Assembly: GCA_018654845.1 (NCBI GenBank)
Contig: JABIKU010000025.1
Span: 36,437-100,436, forward strand
Source: Methanobacteriota archaeon
Lineage (GTDB): Archaea > Thermoplasmatota > Poseidoniia > Poseidoniales > Thalassarchaeaceae
Direction: 5' to 3'
DNA: 64,000 bases
The position numbers were made by a program, and so were the translations under genes. The stretch's first letter is position 1. The number at the start of each line of letters is the position of its first letter. The notes under the pieces are model-generated. The model worked only from the letters and a program-made list of their open reading frames with translations, was not told where the DNA came from and searched no databases. Shown here piece by piece: positions 36,259 through 46,985 of this stretch.

Positions 36259-36534
36259 TTAGCCTCGACGAACTTCAGTTAACATCGTCTCAAGCGCAGT
36301 CTGAATCTGAAGGCATAGCGGGCCAAAATGAAGTGGAAGGTTTGAGTCGTTGAAGACTTCGTCGAGCATTGAAGCAGTCATTCCGAGACGGAGATCCATC
36401 TCCTTATTTTTGTTGAGAAGCCACTTGTCAACGCCATCTTTGATAGATGCACGAATGTTTCGTGGAACTTGAGAGTCGTCGAGCTGGCCTAGAACGCCAG
36501 CGATTTGCAGAATGCGAGTCTCGAAGTCTGACAT
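36259..36534 (-). CDS. UPF0147-family archaeal protein
   Basis: LDDSQVPRNIRASIKDG...ASMLDEVFNDSNLPLH matches the UPF0147 pattern (D-x-SVPRNIRR...ILDEISNDPNMP) as I recall it. Confidence 0.7.
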   Translation of the reverse strand: MSDFETRILQIAGVLGQLDDSQVPRNIRASIKDGVDKWLLNKNKEMDLRLGMTASMLDEVFNDSNLPLHFGPLCLQIQTALETMLTEVRRG

Positions 36535-36599
36535 GTTATCACTGAGTCGGCGACCGAGGGGGTGTCTTTAAGCGAATCCCATGAAATATCCTACTCGAT

Positions 36600-37427
36600 T
36601 TAGGAATCCGCTTGCCAAGTCGACCAAGGCATGTCCGTATTCGATACTCCAATTCCTTCTCCACTTGGTCCTAAAACGATTACACCGACCGAATGTTTTG
36701 AATCGATTAGGTCATCTATGGTGCTTTTTGTTGTTGAATTGAGTGATTCAAGAGAATAGTTGTCACTTGCCCGAATTCGCTCGTAGATTCTATTTGAAAG
36801 CAATGCACAAGTAATTGCTTCGCCTATTCCGGTTGCGGCGACGGCTAAGCCATCTTCCGCCCAAAATCCGCATCCAGGAAGTGGGACATCGCCGACGCGG
36901 CCCGCCGGCCGGTAACTGCAACCGCCGGTACTAGTTGCAGCAGCGATTTTTCCATGGCGATCACGAACGATAACACCGACTGTATCACCAGTGATTTCAG
37001 CGTCAATATCGCCGATTTGACCTTTTGGAGCTCGGCCTACTACATGGGCCTGCTTATGGCCGCGTTCATCCGCCCAATCCCTGGCTCCAGTTCCTGCAAG
37101 ACCATTGATTTCTTCATCGAGTAAATCGAGGCAGATTCGAATCGGATTGGGGGTATTGTGCATACATGTTACGAATCCTAATTTACCATCTCCCGTTTGT
37201 AGAGAGGCATCGGTAAGAACCGAACCATCGGTTCGAAGAACCGCTCCAGTTCCGGCATTGAAGACGGGATCATTTTCAAGGATTACACATGCTTCGACCG
37301 CAGCTTCAATTGCAGAACCACCAAGCTCGAGAACTTCTCGGGCTCGTTCAAGACAAGGGATTAGATTAGCACGGCGGTCTGGTCCAGGTCCTGCTCCACC
37401 ATGTGCGACTATTGCTGCTCTAACCAT
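36600..37427 (-). CDS. Isoaspartyl peptidase / plant-type L-asparaginase (Ntn hydrolase)
   Basis: IVAHGGAG. FNAGTGAVL. GDTVGVIVRD (Thr nucleophile). ATSTGG. GRVGDVPLPGCG. ATG at 37427. Confidence 0.82.
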   Translation of the reverse strand: MVRAAIVAHGGAGPGPDRRANLIPCLERAREVLELGGSAIEAAVEACVILENDPVFNAGTGAVLRTDGSVLTDASLQTGDGKLGFVTCMHNTPNPIRICLDLLDEEINGLAGTGARDWADERGHKQAHVVGRAPKGQIGDIDAEITGDTVGVIVRDRHGKIAAATSTGGCSYRPAGRVGDVPLPGCGFWAEDGLAVAATGIGEAITCALLSNRIYERIRASDNYSLESLNSTTKSTIDDLIDSKHSVGVIVLGPSGEGIGVSNTDMPWSTWQADS

Positions 37428-37495
37428 TCGAATCCCTACTAGGGGCCAACTCAAAGGGTCTTATACTTGAGGGAGCACAGAATAGTGAGGTAAAA

Positions 37496-39562
37496 TCAGG
37501 CACTTGGTTGGATATCACCAGTATTTGAGATAGTGTCGATAACCTTCGCCAATCGTTCGACGATTCCAACCTTTTCTGCACCTACCAAAGCGTGCTGCAA
37601 AACTTCATCGAGCGAATCGACAGGAATCACTTCAATCATTGCTTCGAACTTCTCATCAATGAGAACATCTTGCATATTTGAACGAGGAATTACAACTTTC
37701 TTGATTCCAGATTTAGCGGCAGCTTCAATCTTTGCCGAAACACCGCCAATCGGCAAAACCTCGCCACGAACTGTAAGTGAGCCTGTCATTGCAAGGTTTT
37801 GTTCGATTGGAACACCTTCAAAGGCGCTGATAATCGCAGTTGCCATTGTGATAGAGGCACTGTCACCATCGACGTTATGAGTGCCCGGGAATTGTACGTG
37901 TAAGTCGTAATCTTTGATGTCTTTTCCAGTCAACTTTTTGACGACTGCAGTGATATTTGTAACGGATTCTTTCGCTAAATCTGACAGGCCACCGGTCGCA
38001 ATAACTTGTCCTGAACGACCTTGTGAAGGAGTTACCATCGCTTCTACTGGCAAGACAACACCCGAATAATCAGAAAGTCCCGAATCAGCACCAAGAACGG
38101 CAAGCCCGTTGACTCGCCCAATTCTCGAACCTTTGTTAACTAACATAGCGTAATCTGCTTGCCGTTCGAGATATCTATCGGCAACTTGCTGCTCGAGTGG
38201 TTTTGCAATCATGCGTGCACGCACAACATGCTCTGTAGACGTGAATTTAGCATTTTCTTCGGCAGCAAGATCACCAGCAATTCTGACGAGTCCACCCAAT
38301 TCACGAAGTCGCAGAGAAAGTTTTCCTCTTCGGCCGCTGCGTCGTTGAGCCTCTTTCAAAATTAAGCCAATAGAGCCACGATCGAAATGAGGTATCGGTT
38401 TGCCAGAACCTTTAATTTGTTCATTTTTGACTTCTTGCGCAATAAATCGAATAAGTCTACGTCGGTTTTTCTCTGTATCGCGCATGTCAGTATTGACGTA
38501 AACTTCGTAGCCATAACCACGAATTCTGCTGCGAAGAGCAGGATGCATGTTTTGAATTGAATCAAGGTTTCCAGATGCGATAAGAATGAAATCTGTTGGA
38601 ACCGGCTCAGACTTAGTTAATGCTCCACTGGAACGCTCTGAGCGTCCGGAAATTGCCAATGCCTTCTCTTGCATAGCAACGAGTAATGCTTGTTGTTCCT
38701 CCATTCGCAACATACGAATTTCATCGATGTAAAGCACACCTTTGTTGGCGCGGTGAACTGCGCCCGGCTCGACCCTCTCGTGAGCAGGGGTCGCTAAATC
38801 CGCCCCTGATTGAAACGGGTCATGGCGCACATCGCCAAGTAAAGCACCAGCTAAAGTACCGGTAGCGTCGACAAATGGGGGATTCTCATCCCGGTCATGT
38901 TTAACCAATAATTTCGGAATGTTGCCGTCATCGCCTGCAGTTAGACGACTACGAAGGAAAAAATATCCAAAGACGAGAAGAAATCCACCGAAAATTAATG
39001 TCATTATTTCCCCACTAGAAAGAGTGGCAAGAATGAGAGCGGCACCAACTACGAGAACGATAAACAGCAGTGTTCGATTAGTTTTCTCACGCTGTTGACG
39101 AATGTGTGCTTTACGCTCAGAAATGATTCGCGAACCGCGTCCAGCGGGAACAGTGCGTACCTTCGGTTCATTTTCGTCATCGTGATTTCGATACATCAGA
39201 ACATCTTCCAATTGTTCTTTGGGAAGGAATTCTGTCATCGAGCGAGCGAGCATTGACTTTCCAGTTCCTGGCTCGCCGACCATTATGACGTGGCGACGTT
39301 GCTCGGCCGCTTTACGGACAACAATTGCCGCCGCTTCTTGGCCGATGACCTGATCTACCAATTTTTCTGGAATAGGAACATCGGCAGTCGAGTCGATTTT
39401 TATCGATTCAATCCAGCCTTCAACTGGTACAGAACATATCGAATCTTGGTCTTCGGCAACGCCGAAGGCAACGCCATCAGCCCACGAATCGAGCGGGTCA
39501 ACATCTTCAAGAGATTCAATTTCAGCCGATTCAATTTTTTGCTCATCGCTTGACATTTGCAT
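37496..39562 (-). CDS. lon: Archaeal membrane-bound Lon protease (LonB)
   Basis: Walker A GEPGTGKSMLA. TM insertion LLFIVLVVGAALILATL...FGGFLLVFGYFFL inside the AAA+ module. Protease domain DGDSASITMATAIISA. ATG 39562 avoids overlap with the upstream gene. Confidence 0.9.
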   Translation of the reverse strand: MQMSSDEQKIESAEIESLEDVDPLDSWADGVAFGVAEDQDSICSVPVEGWIESIKIDSTADVPIPEKLVDQVIGQEAAAIVVRKAAEQRRHVIMVGEPGTGKSMLARSMTEFLPKEQLEDVLMYRNHDDENEPKVRTVPAGRGSRIISERKAHIRQQREKTNRTLLFIVLVVGAALILATLSSGEIMTLIFGGFLLVFGYFFLRSRLTAGDDGNIPKLLVKHDRDENPPFVDATGTLAGALLGDVRHDPFQSGADLATPAHERVEPGAVHRANKGVLYIDEIRMLRMEEQQALLVAMQEKALAISGRSERSSGALTKSEPVPTDFILIASGNLDSIQNMHPALRSRIRGYGYEVYVNTDMRDTEKNRRRLIRFIAQEVKNEQIKGSGKPIPHFDRGSIGLILKEAQRRSGRRGKLSLRLRELGGLVRIAGDLAAEENAKFTSTEHVVRARMIAKPLEQQVADRYLERQADYAMLVNKGSRIGRVNGLAVLGADSGLSDYSGVVLPVEAMVTPSQGRSGQVIATGGLSDLAKESVTNITAVVKKLTGKDIKDYDLHVQFPGTHNVDGDSASITMATAIISAFEGVPIEQNLAMTGSLTVRGEVLPIGGVSAKIEAAAKSGIKKVVIPRSNMQDVLIDEKFEAMIEVIPVDSLDEVLQHALVGAEKVGIVERLAKVIDTISNTGDIQPSA

Positions 39563-39633
39563 CCCCCGGGGACATTCGTGCCTCAGGCACCTTCTTGAAG
39601 GTGCGTAAGAAAAGACGCGAGCGAAAAACTGCT

Positions 39634-42600
39634 TTATTCGCGTCGGCTCAGGTATTCTGCACCGTAATAATGCCATTGTTCCATGGTCCATCCAGCAGGT
39701 AATCCCTCAGGAGGTAATGGAGGACTCATCAGCGGTGGTGGAGGAACATTAGAGAGAAGGTCTGGTGCTTCTTCTTCATCTTCTTCTTCAGACGTGTCAA
39801 CAGTTCCCTCGTCGTTAACAGAGGCATGTGTTGACCAATCCACGGCCTGAACTTCTTTCTGACGACGGAGAGTAATCAATAATACTAGAACTAATGAAAC
39901 CATAGCGAGCAAGCCAATTCCAATCATTCCAAATGTAGCAATTGAACCGAATTTCTTAACGGGTTCACTATCATCAATAGTATCGGTTGGCTCAACATCT
40001 TCTATTGCTTCAATCGCATATTGCTTCCATTCATCAGATACACGATTCATTCCTAAATCATCGACTGCAGTTACGACAAGAGTCAGATAGTCACCGACTC
40101 CGAGACCTCCGTCGCTAACCGTTGTAACAATGAATGGACCGAGATTATGCGAAGTCCCAGCAGAATGACAAATTCCTGTCACACTATTGCAAACGTTCCA
40201 AAGCACCTTAATTTCACTCAATGATAGTTCACCAATGTTGGAAATTGTAATTTCAGGATTTGTATAATAATCCATAGTGTCAATTTCGACTGATAAATCA
40301 CCTACCCCATTATTTTCCCAATATAGCGGTAAATCATCAACGATTGTAATAGTAATCACCTTTGAAGTTGAATCACCATGGCGGTCTTCTGCACTGATGG
40401 TGACAAGTTCTGTTCCAGCTTCGTCCCAACTCATTGTCAAAGTTCCTGAAATTGGATTGTATTGCACTGCACCTGGAACGAATGTCATCGCTGTAATCCA
40501 AATTTCATCATCGGAATCATCGACATCTGTAACCAAATCGATTAACTCTATGAATACTCTATCCCCGGTTTGAATGGTTATTTCTTCATATTCTGTTAAT
40601 TCAATACGAGGTGCATCATTGATGTTTTGGATGACAAAGGTAACGGTCGTATCGGAGAACATATTTCCATCGCTAGCACGAAGAACGATATCGAAATTAC
40701 CGAACGAATCATCGTCAACGGCTGAAACAGAAAGAGAATGGCCGCTGAGTTCAGCAGTAGCTAGAGTCTCATCGGAAATGCTGATAATTGACAATGATAG
40801 GCCGGCAACCGATATTGGTTGACCATTTTCATCAGTATCTGACAAATAATTAGTCAAAGAAAATGCACCTGCTCCACCCTCATCAAAAGATTGAGTTGGA
40901 ATCGGTGACCATCGTGGAGCACCATTTTCGATTACGTTGAAAAGTAATATTCCTGAATTTGTATCGTCACCATCATCGACAACAACATGAATACCCTGTG
41001 GTAAAGGACTGCCATGACTATCTCGAATAACCGCACTAAACTCAACCAATATCGAAAGTGTTGATGAATCCCAACTAATGTACTCTGGGGATTCGCTGGT
41101 GATTGTTAGCATTGAGAGAGGAGTTTCCGAATCGGTGATTAATCCAAGGATCGATACCGATTCAACTGTCTCGACCTTCACGGTTGGCATTCCAGCATAT
41201 TCATCATCGCCATTTGTGAGAAGACGAGGCAAAGAATTTTCGAGGAAGAAGGCGTTTTGTGAAATCAACCATCCACTTGATTGGCCGGCTTCGTCAGTCC
41301 ACATGATACGAAGATGATAAGATCCAGTATCAGCATTCATAGGAGTTTGGATTGTGAATAAATAATGTGCATTACCCCCGGTTCCAACTAATTCCATTTC
41401 AGTTACCCAAACGTTGGACCAAGAATTTGTTTCCGCTAAAGAAGATTCCAGTGTAGGTGTCATTGTGCTCATGTCATCAACCAAATCGTTAGAAATTGCA
41501 TCGGCTTCAAATTGAATTTGACTTCCTCTAGAAATTGTTGGAGAACTAATCGAAGTTGGAGCATTCGCAACAGGCGGCATGTCGTGGAAGGCAAGTGTGT
41601 CGCTTATGTCGTTGGAAGAAACACGATCTCCTTCAATATTTGATAACCTAGCTCGGAAAGTTGTTGTCCCTGATGGTTGTAAGGTCAATCCAGTCGAATC
41701 GAAATCCGCTGAGTAAACCTGAGTTGCGCCAACTGCAAAGTTGCTGAGAGAAGAACTGCCAAGGCTTATTTCATCCGAACCATCTAGGAAGAAGAATTCA
41801 ATATCTCCTCCATCATTATAGTTATTTTCACCGTTATTTGTCAAAGTTACTTCGAGAGAAATCATATCTCCTGCGATGAAGCCTTGAGTTCCACCCTCAT
41901 TAATAGTTTCAAAGGTTGTAATTCCTACATCGATAAGAGGCATCATCGTCGCATCAATCGCAGCATATACCGACTCATCTGCATTTGTGGTTTGGTAATC
42001 TGAAAAAAGTGCTGCGACTGTATTGAAATTGCTAAATCCTTGTGCAACTAGATTGATTGGCACGGTCCAAGTTGTATTCGACCAGTCTCCACTAGAAGCC
42101 AAATTAATTGTCTCAAAACCAGTCCCTGTAGTTGCAGCATGATTATTGCTAGCATAATCAGCATTGTTCAACAACCATGCTTCCCAACAATTTCCGCCCT
42201 TGTATCCATTCGTATATGGGTGGGCCTCACAATTCATGTCAGTAACTGCAGCGTAAACTTTGAGATTAGTAGGGGGAGTTCCGCTACCAAGATATCTTGC
42301 GCCAATCGTTACACTTGCAGTTCCATCGCCATTATCGGTTTGAGTAATTGCCATGCCGAAATCATTTACATTTGATGGCATATAGCCACCATTACTGAAA
42401 TATGAGTCCCAGCAGGTATTCGCTCCACATCCAACTGCCATATTTGAAGAACTATCGCCAAATGCAGTCTTTGGTGCGCCTCCGGTCTCACCTAGATGAG
42501 TGACTGCGAAAATTGGTGCAATATTACCGGCTTCAGAATCAGCAGTATTGCCATAATTAGCACTGTGTAGAGAGATGTATACATATTCATCAGGGAAATT

Positions 42601-42849
42601 ATTATTCAATTGATCATGACCTGGACTACCGTAGTCCATACAGAATCCGCAATTAGTAGAAGTGATGTATTGAGCGAATACTACATGACCTGGGCTTGTT
42701 GCGTAAAGCGCAACCGGTTCTTGTTGTAATTCCTTGCGTTCCAATTCGAATTCATTCATCCCAATCATACCGGACATACTCATTACAATCATCATTATTG
42801 AAAATGAAATTGCTGAAACCGCCCTACCATGAACTCTAACCATATTCAT
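39634..42849 (-). CDS. Large surface adhesin-like protein: CxxC N-domain, Ig/cadherin-like repeats, C-terminal TM helix, Pro-rich cytoplasmic tail
   Basis: Signal/anchor AVSAISFSIMMIVMSMSGMIG. YITSTNCGFCMDYG. NINDAPRIEL (cadherin-like). TM FGMIGIGLLAMVSLVLVLLITL. Tail PPPPLMSPPLPPEGLPAGWTMEQWHYYGAEYL. Confidence 0.75.
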   Translation of the reverse strand: MNMVRVHGRAVSAISFSIMMIVMSMSGMIGMNEFELERKELQQEPVALYATSPGHVVFAQYITSTNCGFCMDYGSPGHDQLNNNFPDEYVYISLHSANYGNTADSEAGNIAPIFAVTHLGETGGAPKTAFGDSSSNMAVGCGANTCWDSYFSNGGYMPSNVNDFGMAITQTDNGDGTASVTIGARYLGSGTPPTNLKVYAAVTDMNCEAHPYTNGYKGGNCWEAWLLNNADYASNNHAATTGTGFETINLASSGDWSNTTWTVPINLVAQGFSNFNTVAALFSDYQTTNADESVYAAIDATMMPLIDVGITTFETINEGGTQGFIAGDMISLEVTLTNNGENNYNDGGDIEFFFLDGSDEISLGSSSLSNFAVGATQVYSADFDSTGLTLQPSGTTTFRARLSNIEGDRVSSNDISDTLAFHDMPPVANAPTSISSPTISRGSQIQFEADAISNDLVDDMSTMTPTLESSLAETNSWSNVWVTEMELVGTGGNAHYLFTIQTPMNADTGSYHLRIMWTDEAGQSSGWLISQNAFFLENSLPRLLTNGDDEYAGMPTVKVETVESVSILGLITDSETPLSMLTITSESPEYISWDSSTLSILVEFSAVIRDSHGSPLPQGIHVVVDDGDDTNSGILLFNVIENGAPRWSPIPTQSFDEGGAGAFSLTNYLSDTDENGQPISVAGLSLSIISISDETLATAELSGHSLSVSAVDDDSFGNFDIVLRASDGNMFSDTTVTFVIQNINDAPRIELTEYEEITIQTGDRVFIELIDLVTDVDDSDDEIWITAMTFVPGAVQYNPISGTLTMSWDEAGTELVTISAEDRHGDSTSKVITITIVDDLPLYWENNGVGDLSVEIDTMDYYTNPEITISNIGELSLSEIKVLWNVCNSVTGICHSAGTSHNLGPFIVTTVSDGGLGVGDYLTLVVTAVDDLGMNRVSDEWKQYAIEAIEDVEPTDTIDDSEPVKKFGSIATFGMIGIGLLAMVSLVLVLLITLRRQKEVQAVDWSTHASVNDEGTVDTSEEEDEEEAPDLLSNVPPPPLMSPPLPPEGLPAGWTMEQWHYYGAEYLSRRE

Positions 42850-42988
42850 CCGTTGAAAATAGGCATGGTATAATGATAACCTACCCATGATTAAAGAAAA
42901 ATCGACCCTATAGGGTCGTAAAACCTGCCATAATAAATTTGATTTCAATCGAAGGTATTGAAGCGGAAGGGGAGGTGCGCAGGAAATA

Positions 42989-43831
42989 ATGGTAGGCTCT
43001 ACAGGCGAGGCAGGTTCGGATTCACTAACACCAAATTGGGTGGCTCTACGAGAGGACGATGGGCGGGCTTACCTGCTCAACCGAGTTGCTGGTGAAGTGA
43101 AAGTGAAGGGGCTCGGACGATTCGATGTTGGCCAACTTTTGGATGGATATTCGGTAGGTGAACGAATCATGGTTGGGCAGAAATCTCTGACAATTGTCGA
43201 CGCGGCTCTTCCAGAAGCGCGTAGGAATATGTTCCGCAGAGCTCAAACGATTGGCATCAAAGATTCCGGGTTTCTGATTTCGTGGATGGGAATTGGTGTT
43301 GGAAGCCGTGTACTGGAAGGCGGTCACGGCTCTGCTGGATTAGCAATGCACTTGGCGAATGTAATGGGAAATGCCGGCACTTTGATCTCTGTCGAAGTAC
43401 GCCCAGAACATGCTTCTGTCGGTCGCCAAAATATGGACAGAATGGCTGAATTTTCAGCCGAATTTCCGGATTGGCATTTGATTGAAGGAGACCTTGCTGA
43501 AGCGGCTGAAAAAGTCGAAGAAATCTGTGGCGAAATCGATTCTGCAATCATCGATGTTGCTGAGCCTTGGGAAGTTGTTCCAGAAATTGCAAGTGTTCTC
43601 AAAATAGGCGGGAGAATGGCATGTTATTGTCCAACGACCGCACAATTGGAAAAATCATGGAACGCAGTCGAAGAATCGGGTCTTGTCGTTGAATTCGCCG
43701 GTGAGATGATTGAGCGCCGCTGGGTCAAAGCTGCAAAGGGTGGAGTGAGGCCTGGCAATCAGCCAATGGGACACACTGCATTCATCCTCCTTTCAGCAAA
43801 AATTTCCAATGAACTCGAAGAAGAGGAATAA
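42989..43831 (+). CDS. trmI: tRNA (adenine-N1)-methyltransferase TrmI (Gcd14 family)
   Basis: VLEGGHGSAGLAMHLANVMGNAGTLISVEVRPE (SAM motif I). DSAIIDVAEPWEVVPEIASVLKIGGRMACYCPT. Confidence 0.8.
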   Translation: MVGSTGEAGSDSLTPNWVALREDDGRAYLLNRVAGEVKVKGLGRFDVGQLLDGYSVGERIMVGQKSLTIVDAALPEARRNMFRRAQTIGIKDSGFLISWMGIGVGSRVLEGGHGSAGLAMHLANVMGNAGTLISVEVRPEHASVGRQNMDRMAEFSAEFPDWHLIEGDLAEAAEKVEEICGEIDSAIIDVAEPWEVVPEIASVLKIGGRMACYCPTTAQLEKSWNAVEESGLVVEFAGEMIERRWVKAAKGGVRPGNQPMGHTAFILLSAKISNELEEEE

Positions 43832-43872
43832 TCCACTCAATCTTGATTGACTTCTACCTCACCTGCCGTACT

Positions 43873-44175
43873 ATGATTGTTACAGTCTTTCGAAGTCGAC
43901 TGAGTGAAAAAGCGGGCGAGGAATATACAGAAATGGCAGGTCGAATGAGTGAGCTTGCACAAACAATACCCGGCTATATATCACACAAATCATTCACTGC
44001 AGCAGATGGTGAGCGGATAACAATCGTTGAATTCGAATCGATGGAAGGCCAAAATGAATGGCGAAAAAATGCCGAGCACAGAGTAGCGATGAATTTGGGG
44101 AGAACTACATTTTACGATGAATTCAAGATACAGGTTTGTGAAGTTATCCGCCAGAATTCCGGCGGAATAAAATGA
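43873..44175 (+). CDS. Antibiotic-biosynthesis-monooxygenase (ABM) domain protein
   Basis: MIVTVFRSRL...YTEMAGRMSELAQTIPGYISHKSF...ITIVEFESMEGQNEWR is the ferredoxin-like ABM pattern. Confidence 0.6.
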   Translation: MIVTVFRSRLSEKAGEEYTEMAGRMSELAQTIPGYISHKSFTAADGERITIVEFESMEGQNEWRKNAEHRVAMNLGRTTFYDEFKIQVCEVIRQNSGGIK

Positions 44176-44192
44176 ATGTATAATCCAAGTGT

Positions 44193-44684
44193 GTGTTACG
44201 AATGGATTGGATAGCCGATTTCAAAACAAGAGTCGAGAAAGTCGGCTGGTCCGCAAAAGTCGTCTTCAACGAGTTCATGAAATTCAACCTCGTCGGTTGT
44301 TTCAATTCTGCATTCGGGTTTCTATTGTACTACATCCTCTATCAAATCAATCTCTGGGATGCCCATACTGCAGTGACAGCTTGGGTAGTTTCAAGCATAA
44401 TTGGCAATATAGAAGCACATTTCATGCACTATAGATTCACCTTCAAGTCAACTTTCAAATATTCTACGAGTCTGAATCGTGCTTTCTGGTGCTACACAGG
44501 TCTGCTTGTTGTTACCACAAGCATGGAATATCTCCTGATTGAACTATGGCACATCAACCACTATCTCGCATGGCTATTCAACACCTGCGTATTCGGATTT
44601 CTCAATTTCGTCCTCATCCGCTGGCTCGCATTCCCGCCCGAACTCGATAGAAGTCGAAATGATGTTGAAATCGGACAATCTTGA
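44193..44684 (+). CDS. GtrA-family membrane protein
   Basis: FMKFNLVGCFNSAFGFLLYYILY and four TM helices, about 160 aa. Confidence 0.65.
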   Translation: MLRMDWIADFKTRVEKVGWSAKVVFNEFMKFNLVGCFNSAFGFLLYYILYQINLWDAHTAVTAWVVSSIIGNIEAHFMHYRFTFKSTFKYSTSLNRAFWCYTGLLVVTTSMEYLLIELWHINHYLAWLFNTCVFGFLNFVLIRWLAFPPELDRSRNDVEIGQS

Positions 44685-44774
44685 CTCCTCTGTACAGCAC
44701 ATAGCAGTAAAAGAGGCGATAATGTCTCAGACTTTCTCGATTTGATTCATAAATAGAAGGCATGACACGAGGTC

Positions 44775-46184
44775 ATGCGCGACAGCACTGATTGGCTTCC
44801 TACCTCTTACCGCACACACACGATTGGACAAATTGTGAGTGGGGGCGCTGATCTTGTAGGAGAGGAAGTTTCAGCCGCCGGTTACGCAGAAACAGTCCGC
44901 GGACGCGGCGCAATCGCCTTCATCATGCTGCGCGATGGTACCGGCCACATCCAAGCATTCGCCAAGCGAGACAACATGAAAGAAGCAACTTTCGAAGCTC
45001 TGCAATCAGCTACACGAGAGTCAACAATCCAAGTCACCGGAACGGTAGCACAGAAGCGACCACCGAAGACAAAGGAGGGGGAGCCAGCTCCGCCAGCCGA
45101 ATACGAAATCACAGTTTCATCAGCTACCATTCTTTCGAGTGCTGCCGCACCTTTGCCAGTAGGAGTAACAGATGATGTGAAGGTAGGGTTAGACATTAGA
45201 TTAGACAATAGATATCTCGATCTGCGTCGAGCGCATGTCAACGCAATGTTCCAGCTACGCAGCAAAGTCTTGCAATATGGCAGAGACCACCTGATTAGCG
45301 AAGGATTCAACGAAATGAACTCACCGAAAATTATTGCATCGGCAAGTGAAGGTGGAACTAACCTGTTTCCGATGATGTACTTCGACACACCTGCATTCCT
45401 CTCCCAGTCACCTCAATTGTACAAACAACTAGCAGTTCTGGGCGGCCTCGAGCGAGTCTTTGAGATTGGGCCAGCATTTAGGGCGGAAAAACACGACACC
45501 TACCGTCACCTGAACGAATTCATCTCTTTCGATATCGAAGGTGCGTGGATGAATGACGAAGATGTGATGTGTGTGCAAGAGCGAATGATTCACCACATTT
45601 GGACTGAGGTTGCAGCCAATGACCAACATCTGATTGATGTCATCAACGAATACAAAACCAGCCAAGATGAAGATCTGGTTACCGTGGACGTTCCCGAACT
45701 TCCCTTCCCCCGTATATCTTACTGCGATGCGATTGAAATTGTAAAAAATGGCGGTGGCGAGATTGAGTGGGGTGACGATATCGAGAGTCACCACTGCGAT
45801 ATCATAGCCGCCGAGCACTCTGGCTTCCACTTTTTACCGCGATGGCCGATGGCGATGAAACCGTTCTATATCTACCATAATGAGGCTGAAAAAGGCACGA
45901 CTGGGGGTCAGTTGAGCCGAGGTTTTGACCTAAATTATGGCCGTGATGAGATGACTAGTGGAGGACAGCGAGAACATCGAGTCGATGTTCTCGAACAAAA
46001 TCTGAGAAATATGGATCTTAACCCAGAAGATTTCACATTCTACACCGATGGATTCCGCTACGGCGCGCCACCGCACGCAGGTTGGGGATTGGGAGTTGCG
46101 AGGCTGCTGATGGTACTGACTGGAGCGGGCAATGTCAGAGAAGTCGTATTATTCCCTCGCGACCGTTCGAGAGTCACCCCTTGA
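44775..46184 (+). CDS. aspS: Aspartyl-tRNA synthetase, archaeal/eukaryotic type
   Basis: OB anticodon-binding N-domain. Class II motifs FRAEKHDTYRHLNEFISFDIE, GGQREH and GAPPHAGWGLGVARL. Confidence 0.9.
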   Translation: MRDSTDWLPTSYRTHTIGQIVSGGADLVGEEVSAAGYAETVRGRGAIAFIMLRDGTGHIQAFAKRDNMKEATFEALQSATRESTIQVTGTVAQKRPPKTKEGEPAPPAEYEITVSSATILSSAAAPLPVGVTDDVKVGLDIRLDNRYLDLRRAHVNAMFQLRSKVLQYGRDHLISEGFNEMNSPKIIASASEGGTNLFPMMYFDTPAFLSQSPQLYKQLAVLGGLERVFEIGPAFRAEKHDTYRHLNEFISFDIEGAWMNDEDVMCVQERMIHHIWTEVAANDQHLIDVINEYKTSQDEDLVTVDVPELPFPRISYCDAIEIVKNGGGEIEWGDDIESHHCDIIAAEHSGFHFLPRWPMAMKPFYIYHNEAEKGTTGGQLSRGFDLNYGRDEMTSGGQREHRVDVLEQNLRNMDLNPEDFTFYTDGFRYGAPPHAGWGLGVARLLMVLTGAGNVREVVLFPRDRSRVTP

Positions 46185-46232
46185 CCGAAAAGAACGGGTA
46201 TAGGTAACCTCTTCCGAGGCTCAGAGAGTACC

Positions 46233-46973
46233 ATGTCCGACGAGCCACGATTTGCATTTCTTCTGCTCAAAGAACACCCATACGGCCGAGAAATGCTCCG
46301 TCAAATTCTCTCAGAGGGATTCGTCCCAACAATCGTCATCAGTGAAGATTCTGCAGTAGGAGACGAAGAACGTGAGAAGTTCCTCAAACGAATCGAAGGC
46401 AACGATATCGCACCAACAATCGAGTCTCAATTAGCCGATTTGGAAAGACAAGGAATCATCGTTCCACACATCGATGTTCCACGCCACAACACCGAATATG
46501 TGATGCCACATTTGACTGATTTACCACTTGACCTCATCGTCTTTGGCGGAACGAGAATCATCCGTGGAGAAATCCTCGATCATCCAACTGACGGCGTGAT
46601 TAACAGCCACCCTGGCTTACTGCCAGATTGCCGAGGATCCGCATCTCCAGCTTGGAGCGTTTTTCACGACATTCCAATCGGCTCCTCGACCCATTTCTGC
46701 GATAACGGAATAGATACAGGTGAGTTGTTGCTACGGCGAGAAGTACCTGTGAAGAAGGGCATGACCTACGAAGACCTGTGCTACGAAACTTTAGTTTTGG
46801 CTGGAGTCCTAATGAAGGAAGCACTGATGGCTTACACTGCCGACGCTTGGGATACAATGCGCCACCCGCAAGGAGAAGCAGAACACCCGACGTTCCGAAA
46901 CGCAGGATCCGAAATTCTCGAAGTTGTCGACCAGAAACTGGCTGACCATACCTATGCGCACTATGTTGATTGA
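46233..46973 (+). CDS. Formyltransferase-fold protein (Fmt/PurN-like N-domain)
   Basis: VINSHPGLLPDCRGSASPAWSV matches the H-P-S-LLP-x-x-RG signature. A downstream DTGELL carries the catalytic Asp region. First gene of the six-gene operon. Confidence 0.65.
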   Translation: MSDEPRFAFLLLKEHPYGREMLRQILSEGFVPTIVISEDSAVGDEEREKFLKRIEGNDIAPTIESQLADLERQGIIVPHIDVPRHNTEYVMPHLTDLPLDLIVFGGTRIIRGEILDHPTDGVINSHPGLLPDCRGSASPAWSVFHDIPIGSSTHFCDNGIDTGELLLRREVPVKKGMTYEDLCYETLVLAGVLMKEALMAYTADAWDTMRHPQGEAEHPTFRNAGSEILEVVDQKLADHTYAHYVD

Positions 46974-46985
46974 GGAGGAAAACAA

